A DNA stretch of 64,000 nucleotides. It comes from a bacterium (GTDB taxonomy: Bacteria > Bacteroidota > Bacteroidia > Bacteroidales > Muribaculaceae). Where the stretch lies: the NCBI GenBank assembly GCA_963600695.1, contig CAVCBR010000004.1:135-64134 (forward strand). Direction: 5' to 3'. Position 1 is the stretch's first letter; each line of letters opens with the position of its first letter. Below, piece after piece: positions 19,278 through 29,654 of this stretch. The notes under the pieces are model-generated. The model had not been told where the DNA came from. It ran no database searches and saw only the letters and a list, made by a program, of their open reading frames with translations. The translations under genes were made by a program, and so were the position numbers.

Positions 19278-22130
19278 TTAGCGCACGAGGATTTTTGTTA
19301 TCTTGTCACCCTCACGACGTATATAGATACCGGGCGTTGTTGGTTGCTCTATGCGTCGTCCTTGCAGGTCAAAGAACGAGACTTCATCCTGATGGTCGTC
19401 AGAGGTAATTGTATCAACAGACAACATACCCACAAAGCCTTGGTTGTTATATATGCCATTGTTGACAAACTCAAGGTCTGCTGTTTGATTTGCACCATTA
19501 TTGCTGAAAATAAGCATCATTTTGGGATTTGTAGAGGTTACGGTGCAGGTGAATTTGTAATACCCGGTAGCTTCATCGATTGTGAGCGATGAACCGGGCC
19601 ATTTGCCGCCGGTATAATTTTGGTCGCCGTTGGCTTTGTCCCAAACCCAGATGTATGGAGTATTCCAAAGAGCATCGTTACGGAAGTATGCCGTATAAGT
19701 CACGGGGTCGGGTTGCTCGGGTTGTTCAATTTCTCCGGCACCTTCGATTGTGTGTTGATAGCCTGCCGAAGTGTAGTATCCGCCATTGATATACTGCCAG
19801 CCGGCAGCATTGGTTTGGGCATCGCCATTATTGAAGATTACCAAACCGGATACTTTTTGTGTGCCGGTATAATGCCACTTATAGATTTTGTTGCCGAGAT
19901 AGGTGAGGGGCTCGCCGGGCCATGTGCCACCGGTATAGTTTACGCCGGTGTTCCAAATCCAGGCGTTGACATTTTTCCAATCATTGTCAGCCTCAAAGAA
20001 TATTGCTTGCTCGCCCTCGCTCATTGTCGGTGGGGTGGGCTCTTCGGGTTCGATGACTTCACCACCGCCACCAGTTGATGTGTCGCGCACGGTGAGTGTG
20101 TCTTCGGGCTCTTGGTTGCCGTCATATTCACTTTGGGTGACGTCTGTCGGAGTTGTGTCATAAAGGTAATGAGAGTCACCGCCGATTTTTCCCGGAGCGG
20201 GAGTCTTTTGTGTCGATAGCACGTAGATACGCATATTGCCTTTCCCTGAGCAAGTGGCAGTTAGAGTGCCGTCGGTGACTGTCTTTGTGTCACCAGTGAC
20301 AACATCTGTATATGTGCCGTTGAGCACGCCTGTAAATGTTGCCGAGCCACTGATCGTTACCAATGCATATGAGTCGGTTGAGTCATCTGTATAACGACGT
20401 TTAAAAGCCATACTGCCTGAACAACCTTCGGTAGAGTATTGCCCCTTGCGCAGAGCCGGAACGGCAGCACGAATAAGGTTTAATCGCTGTATATGCAGTG
20501 CCAATGGGTGAGAGAGAGTTGCAGCCATATTGCCGGTGGCAGATGAGTATGTGGCAAAGTCAGTCACATCAACAGAACCTTCGATGTAGCCGCCAAAGTA
20601 TGCGCGTCCTGAATTTTTGAGCGCAAGGTTGGGACCTTCATCAATGGTCACTCCGGCGCGAAATTCGATTTCTGAGCCATAGTACAGACAGGGTATCCCT
20701 CGCCAAGTAAACATCAAATCGAGATTTTCAGCCCAAGCATCTTGTCCCCAGCTGAAACGACAACGATCATTGCCGTTGGGACCGTAGTCGTGAGAGTCGA
20801 CATAGACGACATTCCATCTTGCATCATTATAGAGATTATCTTGTGTGCGCACGCCGAAAGCATTTTTGGCATCATGAAAACGCCAATGCATTGGAAAGTC
20901 TATGACATTGAGTCCTGAGTTTAGCGAATAGTCTTCCGTATGATAATCATTGCCCGATAACAAGGCGTTGTTTGATTGAGGCATATTGGCGTGACCCAAA
21001 TAATCTTCACCTTGTTGAAGCACAGATTTGGCGTTGACGTGATCGCCATACTCGCCTTCCATAACGGTGTAGTTGTCCCACGAGGTTTCGCTGTAATCCC
21101 AAGGATAATCTTTGGTTTCTTTCCATGTGTAAAAGCAGGGCGAGCAATTGTAATTCTCACCACGATAAATTACTTCTTCGGCGCGAGCACAGACCTCGGT
21201 GTACATGTAGAATGGTGTGCCACCGCGTTTGTCCTTATACTTTTCGCCTAGTACTGTGAACTGAGGAATAAAGGCATTGTTGAACGTCAATCGTGATATG
21301 TGACCGCCTGTGTCAATGCGAAAGCCATCGACTCCCATTTCAATAAATTTGCCATAGCAAGAAACAAGATAGTTTGTCACTGCCGGGTTCTCAGTGTTAA
21401 GATCTACACAGTCGCCGGCAATTTGTCCCCACCATCGTGAGGGGTCGTCCCAGTTGAAGTGAGCATAGTGGTGCCAATAGTTGTGAGTGTCTTGGTTCAC
21501 TCCTTGTGTGTTTTTCATTAAGCCGAGGCGTGTATCATACTGACTTTTACCGGGCAGTTGAAAGTAATTTGCCGGGAGTTTACTGTCGGGATGCAGGAGC
21601 ATCGATTTGTTGATGTTTGAGAGGTTTTGAGTATAATCTTTTTGAAACATCGGGCACAGACGGTTTTCACCAAAGTTGCCGGTATGTTGCAACACAATGT
21701 CGAGTATCAATTTCATGCCACGGGCATGGACAGCATCAATAAGGTCTTGAAACTTGCAATCGCCACTCTCGTAACGAGGGTCGACTTTATCAAAATTAAA
21801 AGCATGATAACCATGGTAGTCCAATCCTGAGGCATTTTCGACTACCGGTGTTATCCACACGGCAGTGAATCCCAATGCTTTGATGTAGTCAAGTTTGCTG
21901 ATAAGCCCCTTGAAGTCGCCGCGCCACTCGGGGTCATTAATGTTTTTGACACCATCCCAACAATATGTGTTGTTGCTCGGATCGCCATCATAAAAACGAG
22001 TCGTCATGGCAAAATAGATAGTCTCATCGCGAAAGTCGGTGCGGTCGCCGACAAATGTTGTTGCCACGGCACTTACAGCCGTCAGCATCGGGAATAACAC
22101 TCCGATGATTAGTCGAGATAAACAGTTCAT
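19278..22130 (-). CDS. GH13 alpha-amylase with two CBM26-like starch-binding modules and T9SS C-terminal domain
   Basis: GDFKGL..KLDYIKALGFTAVWITP, YHGY, GFRIDT, TEV, DSHD; two W..NYTGG.WPG repeats; FFDLQGRR...GIYIRR. Confidence 0.9.
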   Translation of the reverse strand: MNCLSRLIIGVLFPMLTAVSAVATTFVGDRTDFRDETIYFAMTTRFYDGDPSNNTYCWDGVKNINDPEWRGDFKGLISKLDYIKALGFTAVWITPVVENASGLDYHGYHAFNFDKVDPRYESGDCKFQDLIDAVHARGMKLILDIVLQHTGNFGENRLCPMFQKDYTQNLSNINKSMLLHPDSKLPANYFQLPGKSQYDTRLGLMKNTQGVNQDTHNYWHHYAHFNWDDPSRWWGQIAGDCVDLNTENPAVTNYLVSCYGKFIEMGVDGFRIDTGGHISRLTFNNAFIPQFTVLGEKYKDKRGGTPFYMYTEVCARAEEVIYRGENYNCSPCFYTWKETKDYPWDYSETSWDNYTVMEGEYGDHVNAKSVLQQGEDYLGHANMPQSNNALLSGNDYHTEDYSLNSGLNVIDFPMHWRFHDAKNAFGVRTQDNLYNDARWNVVYVDSHDYGPNGNDRCRFSWGQDAWAENLDLMFTWRGIPCLYYGSEIEFRAGVTIDEGPNLALKNSGRAYFGGYIEGSVDVTDFATYSSATGNMAATLSHPLALHIQRLNLIRAAVPALRKGQYSTEGCSGSMAFKRRYTDDSTDSYALVTISGSATFTGVLNGTYTDVVTGDTKTVTDGTLTATCSGKGNMRIYVLSTQKTPAPGKIGGDSHYLYDTTPTDVTQSEYDGNQEPEDTLTVRDTSTGGGGEVIEPEEPTPPTMSEGEQAIFFEADNDWKNVNAWIWNTGVNYTGGTWPGEPLTYLGNKIYKWHYTGTQKVSGLVIFNNGDAQTNAAGWQYINGGYYTSAGYQHTIEGAGEIEQPEQPDPVTYTAYFRNDALWNTPYIWVWDKANGDQNYTGGKWPGSSLTIDEATGYYKFTCTVTSTNPKMMLIFSNNGANQTADLEFVNNGIYNNQGFVGMLSVDTITSDDHQDEVSFFDLQGRRIEQPTTPGIYIRREGDKITKILVR

Positions 22131-22288
22131 GATAAATAATTTGGTAAGTGAGATATAATCGTGCCAAAGGTAATGATTTTTGTTGAAAAATTATGACGAT
22201 TGAAATTGATATTTTGTACTATGGTTTAAATTTGTTAAGTTTGCCGATGAAAAAATCAATTACAGATAATATATAAACAACTTTAAAT

Positions 22289-22963
22289 ATGAAATTTAAA
22301 TACTTGTTAAGTGGTGGTGTTTTTGCCCTGTCGTTACTTGTGAGCGTCAAAGCAGCCGCCGAGTATGACCCTGAAACCAAAGTGATTACTGCGACATTTG
22401 ATTGGACAAATCCAAAAAGTCTGTTACCGGCATATGATCCACCGACAGCCGAAAATCGTGACGGAGCAAAGGTCGGTGGTGTTGATTTTTTTGATAGTGG
22501 CGTCAACCTTGCTATAAATGACAATGAAGTCAAGGAACAGAGTCGCAAAGCACGTTTTTATTTTGGTTATAACACTCAGCGATGCGAGCTGAGGGTATAT
22601 ATGGGTTCTTCAATAACGATTGGTGTTGCTGCTCAGTGCATACAATCAGTGACTTTTGAGGGAACCGAAGTCGGAGAAGATTATATGACAGCCCAAGTTG
22701 AAGGCTCGTGGTCGGGATCTACGTGGACTATGCAAACACCATCAGAGATTGCACTATTTGATATCGATGCTCGTTGCCAGATCGCGAAAACTATTGTCAA
22801 ATACACATTCTCAGACGGTGTCGACGATATTATGGCCGATGAAACCAACGTGAAAAGCGTGTGGTATGACCTCAGTGGTCGCGCTTTGAAAAACCAACCG
22901 GACACCCCCGGGATTTATGTTGAAGTCCGGGGTGCACAAAAGCGCAAAGTATTTGTCAAGTGA
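22289..22963 (+). CDS. Secreted hypothetical protein with T9SS C-terminal domain
   Basis: Signal peptide; WYDLSGR...PGIYV...KVFVK. Confidence 0.75.
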   Translation: MKFKYLLSGGVFALSLLVSVKAAAEYDPETKVITATFDWTNPKSLLPAYDPPTAENRDGAKVGGVDFFDSGVNLAINDNEVKEQSRKARFYFGYNTQRCELRVYMGSSITIGVAAQCIQSVTFEGTEVGEDYMTAQVEGSWSGSTWTMQTPSEIALFDIDARCQIAKTIVKYTFSDGVDDIMADETNVKSVWYDLSGRALKNQPDTPGIYVEVRGAQKRKVFVK

Positions 22964-23016
22964 CACGTTGTTAAGTTGTGTCGTCTGAGTATTATCTCAG
23001 ATTTCCATATAAAGAC

Positions 23017-23052
23017 AAACCCTCGCCGGTGAAATATGCCGAGCGAGGGTTT
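23017..23052. terminator. Hairpin between convergent genes
   Basis: caaaccctcgc...gcgagggtttg. Confidence 0.7.
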
Positions 23053-23077
23053 GCTTTTGCAGATGCGTACGACTCTG

Positions 23078-26000
23078 TTATTTGGCGGGAACCACTGTTA
23101 TTATGGCTCCTCCGGTGTGAGCTGTCAGTGTCGGGGCTTTATCACATGTGATTGTTGCCACGCCTCCGGCAAACGTACCGGCATTGTTGACAAATACATC
23201 ATACGAGATGACATGTGTGCCTTGTGGCAGGTAGTCGATAAAGATGTTGGTGCATGTATCTCTGTTCTCTCGATAGTAGTAGATGCCGTCTTGGCGCATA
23301 GTGCGTGACAGCTGTTCTACGGGCTCGAATGTCGCGGCGCGTTGGTCGCTTATATTGACATAACTCATCGGGCGTGTCGTTTTTATGGTCAGTGATACGC
23401 GCACTTTCATGCCAACGTTGAGTGTCGACGGAGCATCATTCCACACACCATTGCCGTTGTCAATGATAAAGCGTTTTGAGATTTTGACTTCATCATCTTC
23501 GGAGTAATCGGTGATTTGAGACATTGGTGCGGTGTACGTAGTGATGATGGCACCATATGACGGCACGTGAGCATCGCCGACATTTAACGTCAGAGAACTG
23601 CCGGCGACGGGTACGTTATAAATAGATGCCGTGCCTGTGGGCGTACCCAAATCGACAGGCTTGTTATCAACATTGAGGGTGGGGGCGATGGTGGGTTTTG
23701 TCCATTTAGATCCGGAGTTGATGAACGATGATACAACATACGACGTCAGCGCAGAAGTGCCCCAATCGGTGGCTTGCTTGCGAACAATAAGATGTTGTCG
23801 CAAGCCGTCAACTATGGGCGATGTGGGTGTACTTGCAGCGTAGGCCTCGAGTAGGTGTCCATAAGCTAGTAACGAACGCTCGTTTTTAAACTCTGTGCCC
23901 TTGGTCTTAGATGTCGTTGCGAATTGATCGAGTGAACCGATGATCATCTTTGCCGTGGCTTTACGGTTGTTATTGACAAGAGCAATAACCGAGAGAGCCT
24001 TTGTGTCAACATCAAATTTTTTCCATGTGCGTGTGATGCGGTTGAGTGTTTGGTCAATGACTTTTTGTCCGTTGAGCGACGGTTTGGCAAGACTGCCAAA
24101 TTGACTGCGCACAATGGTATAGGTATAATCATAACCACTGACTACGCTGTCATAATATTTGACAGCATTGGTAAGCATCTTGTTGACTTTGTCATTGTTG
24201 GCGACATATCCCCAACGCAAGAGGTCATAAAATCTGTCGAGAACGCTGCTTGTTACCCATTGAGACGAACTGTTAGACCATTCGCCCCAAGCCCAGCCGC
24301 CATCGGCGCGTTGCAATTTTTCGAGTTGATTAAGTGCGGCTTTGGCGCGACGTTCGAGATCTTTACGATCAAATATTGCCGACAATTCGGGGTGCTCTTT
24401 TTCGAGAGCCAACGCAATAGTCAGACCATAGAATGCTCGCGATTGAGATGCTGCCGTGGGCCATGTTTCGTCCCACAACACAGGCAGTGCTTCGATGACC
24501 GTTGCCATTGGGTTGGCGGTGAAAGTCAATGAGGTTTTGAAATCTTTGCCACGAGCCGAGGGTATATCGGCGGTATATGTCGTGTCAGATGGATTTAGAT
24601 AGAAGTTGATACATTCGCGCACAAAGCTTTCTGAATCGAGCACGCGCAAAGCAATCTGTTCGCCATCGCCATAAGTGTCGTTGGCGGCACGCACACGCAC
24701 ACCGATAGAGTCGGCGGCAAAATTGTCATTGATATCGAGACAGAACGACATAGTGCCTTTGTCGCCGGCAGCGAGAGTGAATGCTTGAGTTGTCGATGAG
24801 ATGACAGAGTCATTGGCGATGTTAAATATTTCGGCTATGGCTTTGATGTTCTGAGACTCATCGCTATTGTTCATTGCCGTGGCAATAATAGTGGCTTTAT
24901 CACCGCGACGCACAAAGCGCGGCATATTAACGCTGACCATTATGGGCTTAGACGCGGTCATAGTTTTGGAGATGCTTGCAAGATGCGCATTTTTATCCCA
25001 AGCATACGCCAAGAGACGCCATGTTGTCAATGCGTTAGGTATGATGAAAGATACGTCGAGCAAACCATTGTCGTCAGTGACAAGATTTGGTTGCCACAGG
25101 GCAGAGAACATCTCCGGTGCACGCCACTCGATGGCTGTCTCATTGGCAGAACCACTGTCATTGCTACCGACAGTAACAACTTCTTCTAATGCGGCTCCAT
25201 CACTTGCTATGGATTCAACCTCGTCATAAGCTTCTTCGACCGTAGATTGAGATAATCGATTTGCTTTATATTTTACACTGGAGACAGTGCCACAGCCACG
25301 GACACGAATATTTTCTGAATAACTACATTTTATGATATCAGGGTATTTGCCATAAGCTAATACTATGGGATCATAATCTACACAAGAGTTTGATACCTCA
25401 AACATATCATAGGTAAATGGACTATGCCCCAATTCGATATTGGAATTATATGTTTGCCAAATGGGACGTCCGGGTGTCATATATGTAAGAGGATTCAAAG
25501 TTGTGCCAATATAGTATCTGCGTTGTCCTCCGATATATGGTATATAAAAGCGTGGTGAGGGGCGCCAAACATACGTCGGACCTGACGACAGCGAGGCAGG
25601 CTTGCGCAGTATATCGAGCTGTGTATTATACACATTGACGATGACGGCTCCGGCTACACCTTGATTATTTTCGTCGACGAGGCGCAGTTGCCATTTTTCG
25701 TTATCACCGGTATATACTTTGTCTCGGAAACTCTCAATGATTAGATTGACAGACTTTTTGGGCGCACGTTGAGTGTCTATATCATATTCAAATGTCTCGG
25801 TGTCATAATTGCGAGTATTGAAAATTAATAGTTTATCATCTTTTGAAAGGTTATCAACTTGATATGACAGCGTATGCCAACCGCTCGATAGATGTGTGTG
25901 TTGCATATCTTCGGGTTTTGAGTTGATGCCATATATGAGGTTTGCTCCCAAAGAGTCAACGAGCACTTTAATCTTTATGGTATTGTCTGAGTATGATGCC

Positions 26001-28513
26001 TTTTTGTCAGGCGTCCATAGGCTGGCCTTAGCCACCGGTAGGGTGTTGTCATTGTATACGAATGCTATGAATGACGTGCTGACAGTTTGAGCCGACATAT
26101 CAGACGCAGCCACTCGTAGGGTATATTTGCCGACTTTGAGGTCATTGATATTCAGAATGAGTTTGCCGGGTACAGTCTCGCCATATTTGATGATGAGACT
26201 ATCATTATCGTTGCCATACAATCTCCATTTTATTGGCGTAGTGATGGTATCGCCACTGGCAGATTTCAAAGTGATGTCAAATTCAGCCGGTTTTGTTTTC
26301 TCCAATACTGTATCGTCTGACGATAAAGACAGTTTGTTGGGGAACTGAGAGATGCTCTCTTGCCCGATGTATAGTTGTGTGCCGTCATCGGCAAGAGCCG
26401 AGATAGAGACGTATGTTGTTGTCGGGTAGAAATGCTCGGGAGTGAAAGGCAGGTCTTTGATATATTTGTCACCATAAACTTTGGCAATACGTTCTTTAAT
26501 CGTTTGTTCAAAAACGCTGTCGGCAACTATTTTAAACTTGCCGTCATTGTCGGTAACAGCAGTGAACGTTGAATCTATTTTGTTGCCCTGTACCTTCGCG
26601 CTGATTTTTGTGCCTTCGAGCGAAAATCCGGCATAGTTGGTGATGTGTCCGGTGATGGATATGGACTTATCTGCCGGGATGCCGCCGACTGAGACAAGAT
26701 TGTCAGACTTTAATGCCGGCAACTTAAAGTCGCTTACTTCAAAGCGTGCACGACAAGAGGCGTCTTCGCTATCTGCATCAATGGCAAATGTACCGGTGCG
26801 AGTCTCGCTCGGAAGTGTAAATTCGCCGGCAAAACGGCCATACTCATCTGTGATCAGTGTCGTATCGCCGATGTTTTGATAGTTAGTGTTATATATGGTG
26901 ATGTCAATTTCAGCGTTTTTGATGATGCCGAGGGTGTCACACAAAAATCCGGCGTAATGCATCTTGTCACCAAGGTGATAAGCGCCGAGATTTGTGGTGA
27001 GTGTTATCTTTTGGCTGTTGTCAGGAGCAATATATTTGGTGTGATATAGGTTGATGTCATCATATCGCATACTCATGCCATTGTGACGTAACATCAGAGA
27101 CGATGACTTTTTAACATCGAAATACAAGAAGCCGTTGGCATCGGTTTTGCCGAGTTTGGTTTTTTTCTTATCCTTGTAATTGGAGATGGCAAAGACTTCG
27201 ACATCTTTTGCCGGTGTGCCATCGGCAGCATTAACAACATATAGATAGGTCTTGCCGTTTGCCTGTTTTACGATAGGTTTAAAGTCGTAAGCTTCAAGAA
27301 ACAGCGGATATGATTCTTTTACCTCATCTGCTTCAATCTTTGCGCACACAAGGTTGCACCCTATCGGTAGGGTGACCATAATGGTTGTGTCTCGTTGATC
27401 GGGTGTTGCCGAGCCGAGATCGAGTGTAATTGTTTGAGATGGTTTGATGCCTGAATAGTTGGATTGAATGGATTTTTCGGCGGCAATGTCATCAACAAAA
27501 TTATACACATTGATGGTCGCTGTGCTGAGATTTTGGTATTTTATCGGTATTTTTATGGTTTCACCGGCTGCGAACTTTGATCTCTCGGACGATAGTCTCA
27601 GCTGTGGCATCATCAAAACATTTATGCGCATCTTGATAATGTTTTCTATCCAATACCCTTTAAAGTCGTTCGCTGCGACTTCAAGGAAAGTGACCTGTTC
27701 GCTTGGCTGTTTGTATAATTGACTTATGTTTGCATTCTTTGTCAATTCACAAAGAGTGTATGTACGACCTGATTCGCGAGGCTCGGACAGATACAGCTCT
27801 TGCAATCGTTGTGGCACGTTTTCGTTTTTGCGACACACAGCCAATGTGTTCCAGCAATACCAAGCATCGCTATGAGGTGCGTGATATTTTGTCATATCAG
27901 ACATAATACTGTCAGCCCAACCTTCTTTGAGATTTACAGAGAACACATCTAAAATATATGATGCAACAAAGTCTTTTGTCGTAGGGAAAAATTTAAGTGT
28001 CAGATCATTGGCTTTAATCAATGGTTTGATATCAGTCAGAGGCATGTCGCCGGCATTTTTGTATGCCTCGTTTGCTAATGAGTCGATGACGAACTCAAAC
28101 ATTTCTTTGCTCCACTCGTTAATGTCTGCCGGACGTGGAGTCAGAGGCAGTGTGCGACCATAATGATAACGCACTCGGCTTGATGCTCGGTCATAAGCCG
28201 TAGCCATAAACAGGTCTCTTAAAGCTTTGATTTGTTGGTCTTTGATGATGACTGTACGGTTGTCAAACTCCTTTATGGCAGAGTTTGACGCATCATTGTC
28301 GATGCTCATCTCGGCGAGATATGATTTGATGGATGCCGAGAGTATCGCTACTTGATCGCCTTTGTTGGCAGCTGTGGTGTACTCTGTGGCGGCTTGCTCG
28401 GCGACGGTCTTTGGATAGGCAAAATCCGGAGTCGCGACCTGTGCTAACATCGCCTGACTCAGTGTGCAGACACAGATGAGAGCAAGTAATCGTTTAAGGT
28501 GAATTTTTGTCAT
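23078..28513 (-). CDS. Bacterial alpha-2-macroglobulin family protein
   Basis: MG2 (TDEYGRFAGEFTLP), A2M (WQPNLVTD...PNALTTWR, PRFVRRGD), LQRADGGWAW, C-terminal MG10. Confidence 0.9.
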   Translation of the reverse strand: MTKIHLKRLLALICVCTLSQAMLAQVATPDFAYPKTVAEQAATEYTTAANKGDQVAILSASIKSYLAEMSIDNDASNSAIKEFDNRTVIIKDQQIKALRDLFMATAYDRASSRVRYHYGRTLPLTPRPADINEWSKEMFEFVIDSLANEAYKNAGDMPLTDIKPLIKANDLTLKFFPTTKDFVASYILDVFSVNLKEGWADSIMSDMTKYHAPHSDAWYCWNTLAVCRKNENVPQRLQELYLSEPRESGRTYTLCELTKNANISQLYKQPSEQVTFLEVAANDFKGYWIENIIKMRINVLMMPQLRLSSERSKFAAGETIKIPIKYQNLSTATINVYNFVDDIAAEKSIQSNYSGIKPSQTITLDLGSATPDQRDTTIMVTLPIGCNLVCAKIEADEVKESYPLFLEAYDFKPIVKQANGKTYLYVVNAADGTPAKDVEVFAISNYKDKKKTKLGKTDANGFLYFDVKKSSSLMLRHNGMSMRYDDINLYHTKYIAPDNSQKITLTTNLGAYHLGDKMHYAGFLCDTLGIIKNAEIDITIYNTNYQNIGDTTLITDEYGRFAGEFTLPSETRTGTFAIDADSEDASCRARFEVSDFKLPALKSDNLVSVGGIPADKSISITGHITNYAGFSLEGTKISAKVQGNKIDSTFTAVTDNDGKFKIVADSVFEQTIKERIAKVYGDKYIKDLPFTPEHFYPTTTYVSISALADDGTQLYIGQESISQFPNKLSLSSDDTVLEKTKPAEFDITLKSASGDTITTPIKWRLYGNDNDSLIIKYGETVPGKLILNINDLKVGKYTLRVAASDMSAQTVSTSFIAFVYNDNTLPVAKASLWTPDKKASYSDNTIKIKVLVDSLGANLIYGINSKPEDMQHTHLSSGWHTLSYQVDNLSKDDKLLIFNTRNYDTETFEYDIDTQRAPKKSVNLIIESFRDKVYTGDNEKWQLRLVDENNQGVAGAVIVNVYNTQLDILRKPASLSSGPTYVWRPSPRFYIPYIGGQRRYYIGTTLNPLTYMTPGRPIWQTYNSNIELGHSPFTYDMFEVSNSCVDYDPIVLAYGKYPDIIKCSYSENIRVRGCGTVSSVKYKANRLSQSTVEEAYDEVESIASDGAALEEVVTVGSNDSGSANETAIEWRAPEMFSALWQPNLVTDDNGLLDVSFIIPNALTTWRLLAYAWDKNAHLASISKTMTASKPIMVSVNMPRFVRRGDKATIIATAMNNSDESQNIKAIAEIFNIANDSVISSTTQAFTLAAGDKGTMSFCLDINDNFAADSIGVRVRAANDTYGDGEQIALRVLDSESFVRECINFYLNPSDTTYTADIPSARGKDFKTSLTFTANPMATVIEALPVLWDETWPTAASQSRAFYGLTIALALEKEHPELSAIFDRKDLERRAKAALNQLEKLQRADGGWAWGEWSNSSSQWVTSSVLDRFYDLLRWGYVANNDKVNKMLTNAVKYYDSVVSGYDYTYTIVRSQFGSLAKPSLNGQKVIDQTLNRITRTWKKFDVDTKALSVIALVNNNRKATAKMIIGSLDQFATTSKTKGTEFKNERSLLAYGHLLEAYAASTPTSPIVDGLRQHLIVRKQATDWGTSALTSYVVSSFINSGSKWTKPTIAPTLNVDNKPVDLGTPTGTASIYNVPVAGSSLTLNVGDAHVPSYGAIITTYTAPMSQITDYSEDDEVKISKRFIIDNGNGVWNDAPSTLNVGMKVRVSLTIKTTRPMSYVNISDQRAATFEPVEQLSRTMRQDGIYYYRENRDTCTNIFIDYLPQGTHVISYDVFVNNAGTFAGGVATITCDKAPTLTAHTGGAIITVVPAK

Positions 28514-28608
28514 AAAAATATAATATTATCAAATAAATAACTACTAATCAACAATATAACATTTATGAATATTAACATGAGTATCAAAGTAGTACCAAAA
28601 TATGAATT

Positions 28609-29007
28609 TTATTGACGCTTTAAAGCACGCTTTGCCTCTACAAGACGATCATAGAGTTCCACCGATTTTTCCGTGGCGAAATACTCTGCCCAATCTTTGA
28701 ACGTGTACGAGATCTCTAACACACCGTCATCATAGTCCATAGTATCCCACCAGTCGGAAAGTTCCGCAAAGACTTCGGGAGGGTTCGTGCCGAGTGTGTC
28801 CACAACTTCGGTTGGATACTGCTCGATGAGCAACATCTTCCAACTCTCCAAATCTGTGCTGGGGTTCTCATGGAGGACGTTCCACGCCGCCTCTTTCAGT
28901 TCGGCATTAAAATCGACCTCATCGTCAAGTTCTTCCTCTTGGTTTTCTTCTTCAACTTCATTGATGGCATTCATCAACATTTGTAGCTTTCTTAAATCTT
29001 TATCCAT
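28609..29007 (-). CDS. Highly acidic phage hypothetical protein
   Basis: 132-aa ORF with about 35 D/E versus 12 K/R (manual count). Confidence 0.75.
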   Translation of the reverse strand: MDKDLRKLQMLMNAINEVEEENQEEELDDEVDFNAELKEAAWNVLHENPSTDLESWKMLLIEQYPTEVVDTLGTNPPEVFAELSDWWDTMDYDDGVLEISYTFKDWAEYFATEKSVELYDRLVEAKRALKRQ

Positions 29008-29015
29008 ATCACAAA

Positions 29016-29053
29016 ACTTAAAAAATAATTATCAATTACACTCGCTATCTTTG
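29016..29053 (+). promoter_or_regulatory. Putative phage late promoter (copy 1)
   Basis: ACTTAAAA-N22-TATCTTTG. Confidence 0.6.
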
Positions 29054-29058
29054 TCCGT

Positions 29059-29229
29059 ATGAAGAAAATGCTCAAGCACATACGAAAGTGGCATTATTGC
29101 AGATTATACACACGGTTGGTCTTTGCTTATCTGAAGCACGAAAGTACCAGTTGCAATGCATACATTTATGCAGAGAATGCATTCACGGCAATCACCGGTC
29201 GTTGGTTTTCTGAAATTCGCGACGAGTGA
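29059..29229 (+). CDS. 56-aa small protein, not in ORF track (MKKMLKHIRKWHYCRLYTRLVFAYLK...)
   Basis: ATG 5 nt after the promoter element, open to TGA at 29227-29229. Confidence 0.55.
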   Translation: MKKMLKHIRKWHYCRLYTRLVFAYLKHESTSCNAYIYAENAFTAITGRWFSEIRDE

Positions 29230-29626
29230 TACTCTTATGCCTTGCTCCGTCTTTTACTACGACTTCTTCTTCAAGTGAAGAGGCGTGAGGGAGCAACGCT
29301 GGTATTGTGAATTTTATCCTTGATACGTTTTGGTATTTCTCAGCCGTTTCTTCCTTACCATGCCCACCAACGCTAAACACCCCGGCAATGGTTATTCCTC
29401 CTTTTATGCCATTGGCTGTACCCTCGGTTGTTTCTGTTGTAACCGCTACATCAAAATCAATATTTGATATATTGGCATATCCGTTGGTGGTTTTAACGTG
29501 TGTGTCTTTGTTGCCGCCCTCTGTGATAGGGGCAATAGTAGCAAATTCTTGAACACTCTCCTGCGTTTCTTTTACGGCTGTGACAATATCTGTCAGTGCC
29601 GTTTTTATAAATTCTTTTAGTTCCAT
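29192..29626 (-). CDS. Hypothetical protein, Trypco2-like
   Basis: MELKEFIKTALTDI...IDFDVAVT...SRIKFTIP pattern. Confidence 0.6.
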   Translation of the reverse strand: MELKEFIKTALTDIVTAVKETQESVQEFATIAPITEGGNKDTHVKTTNGYANISNIDFDVAVTTETTEGTANGIKGGITIAGVFSVGGHGKEETAEKYQNVSRIKFTIPALLPHASSLEEEVVVKDGARHKSITRREFQKTNDR

Positions 29627-29654
29627 AGTCTTATTTCCATACATTCACACGCTA

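Noticed and set aside
28568..28600. dif-like XerCD site at the junction (TCATGTTAATA on the minus strand)
   Set aside because: Only a partial XerD-arm resemblance in AT-rich DNA; the XerC arm does not match.
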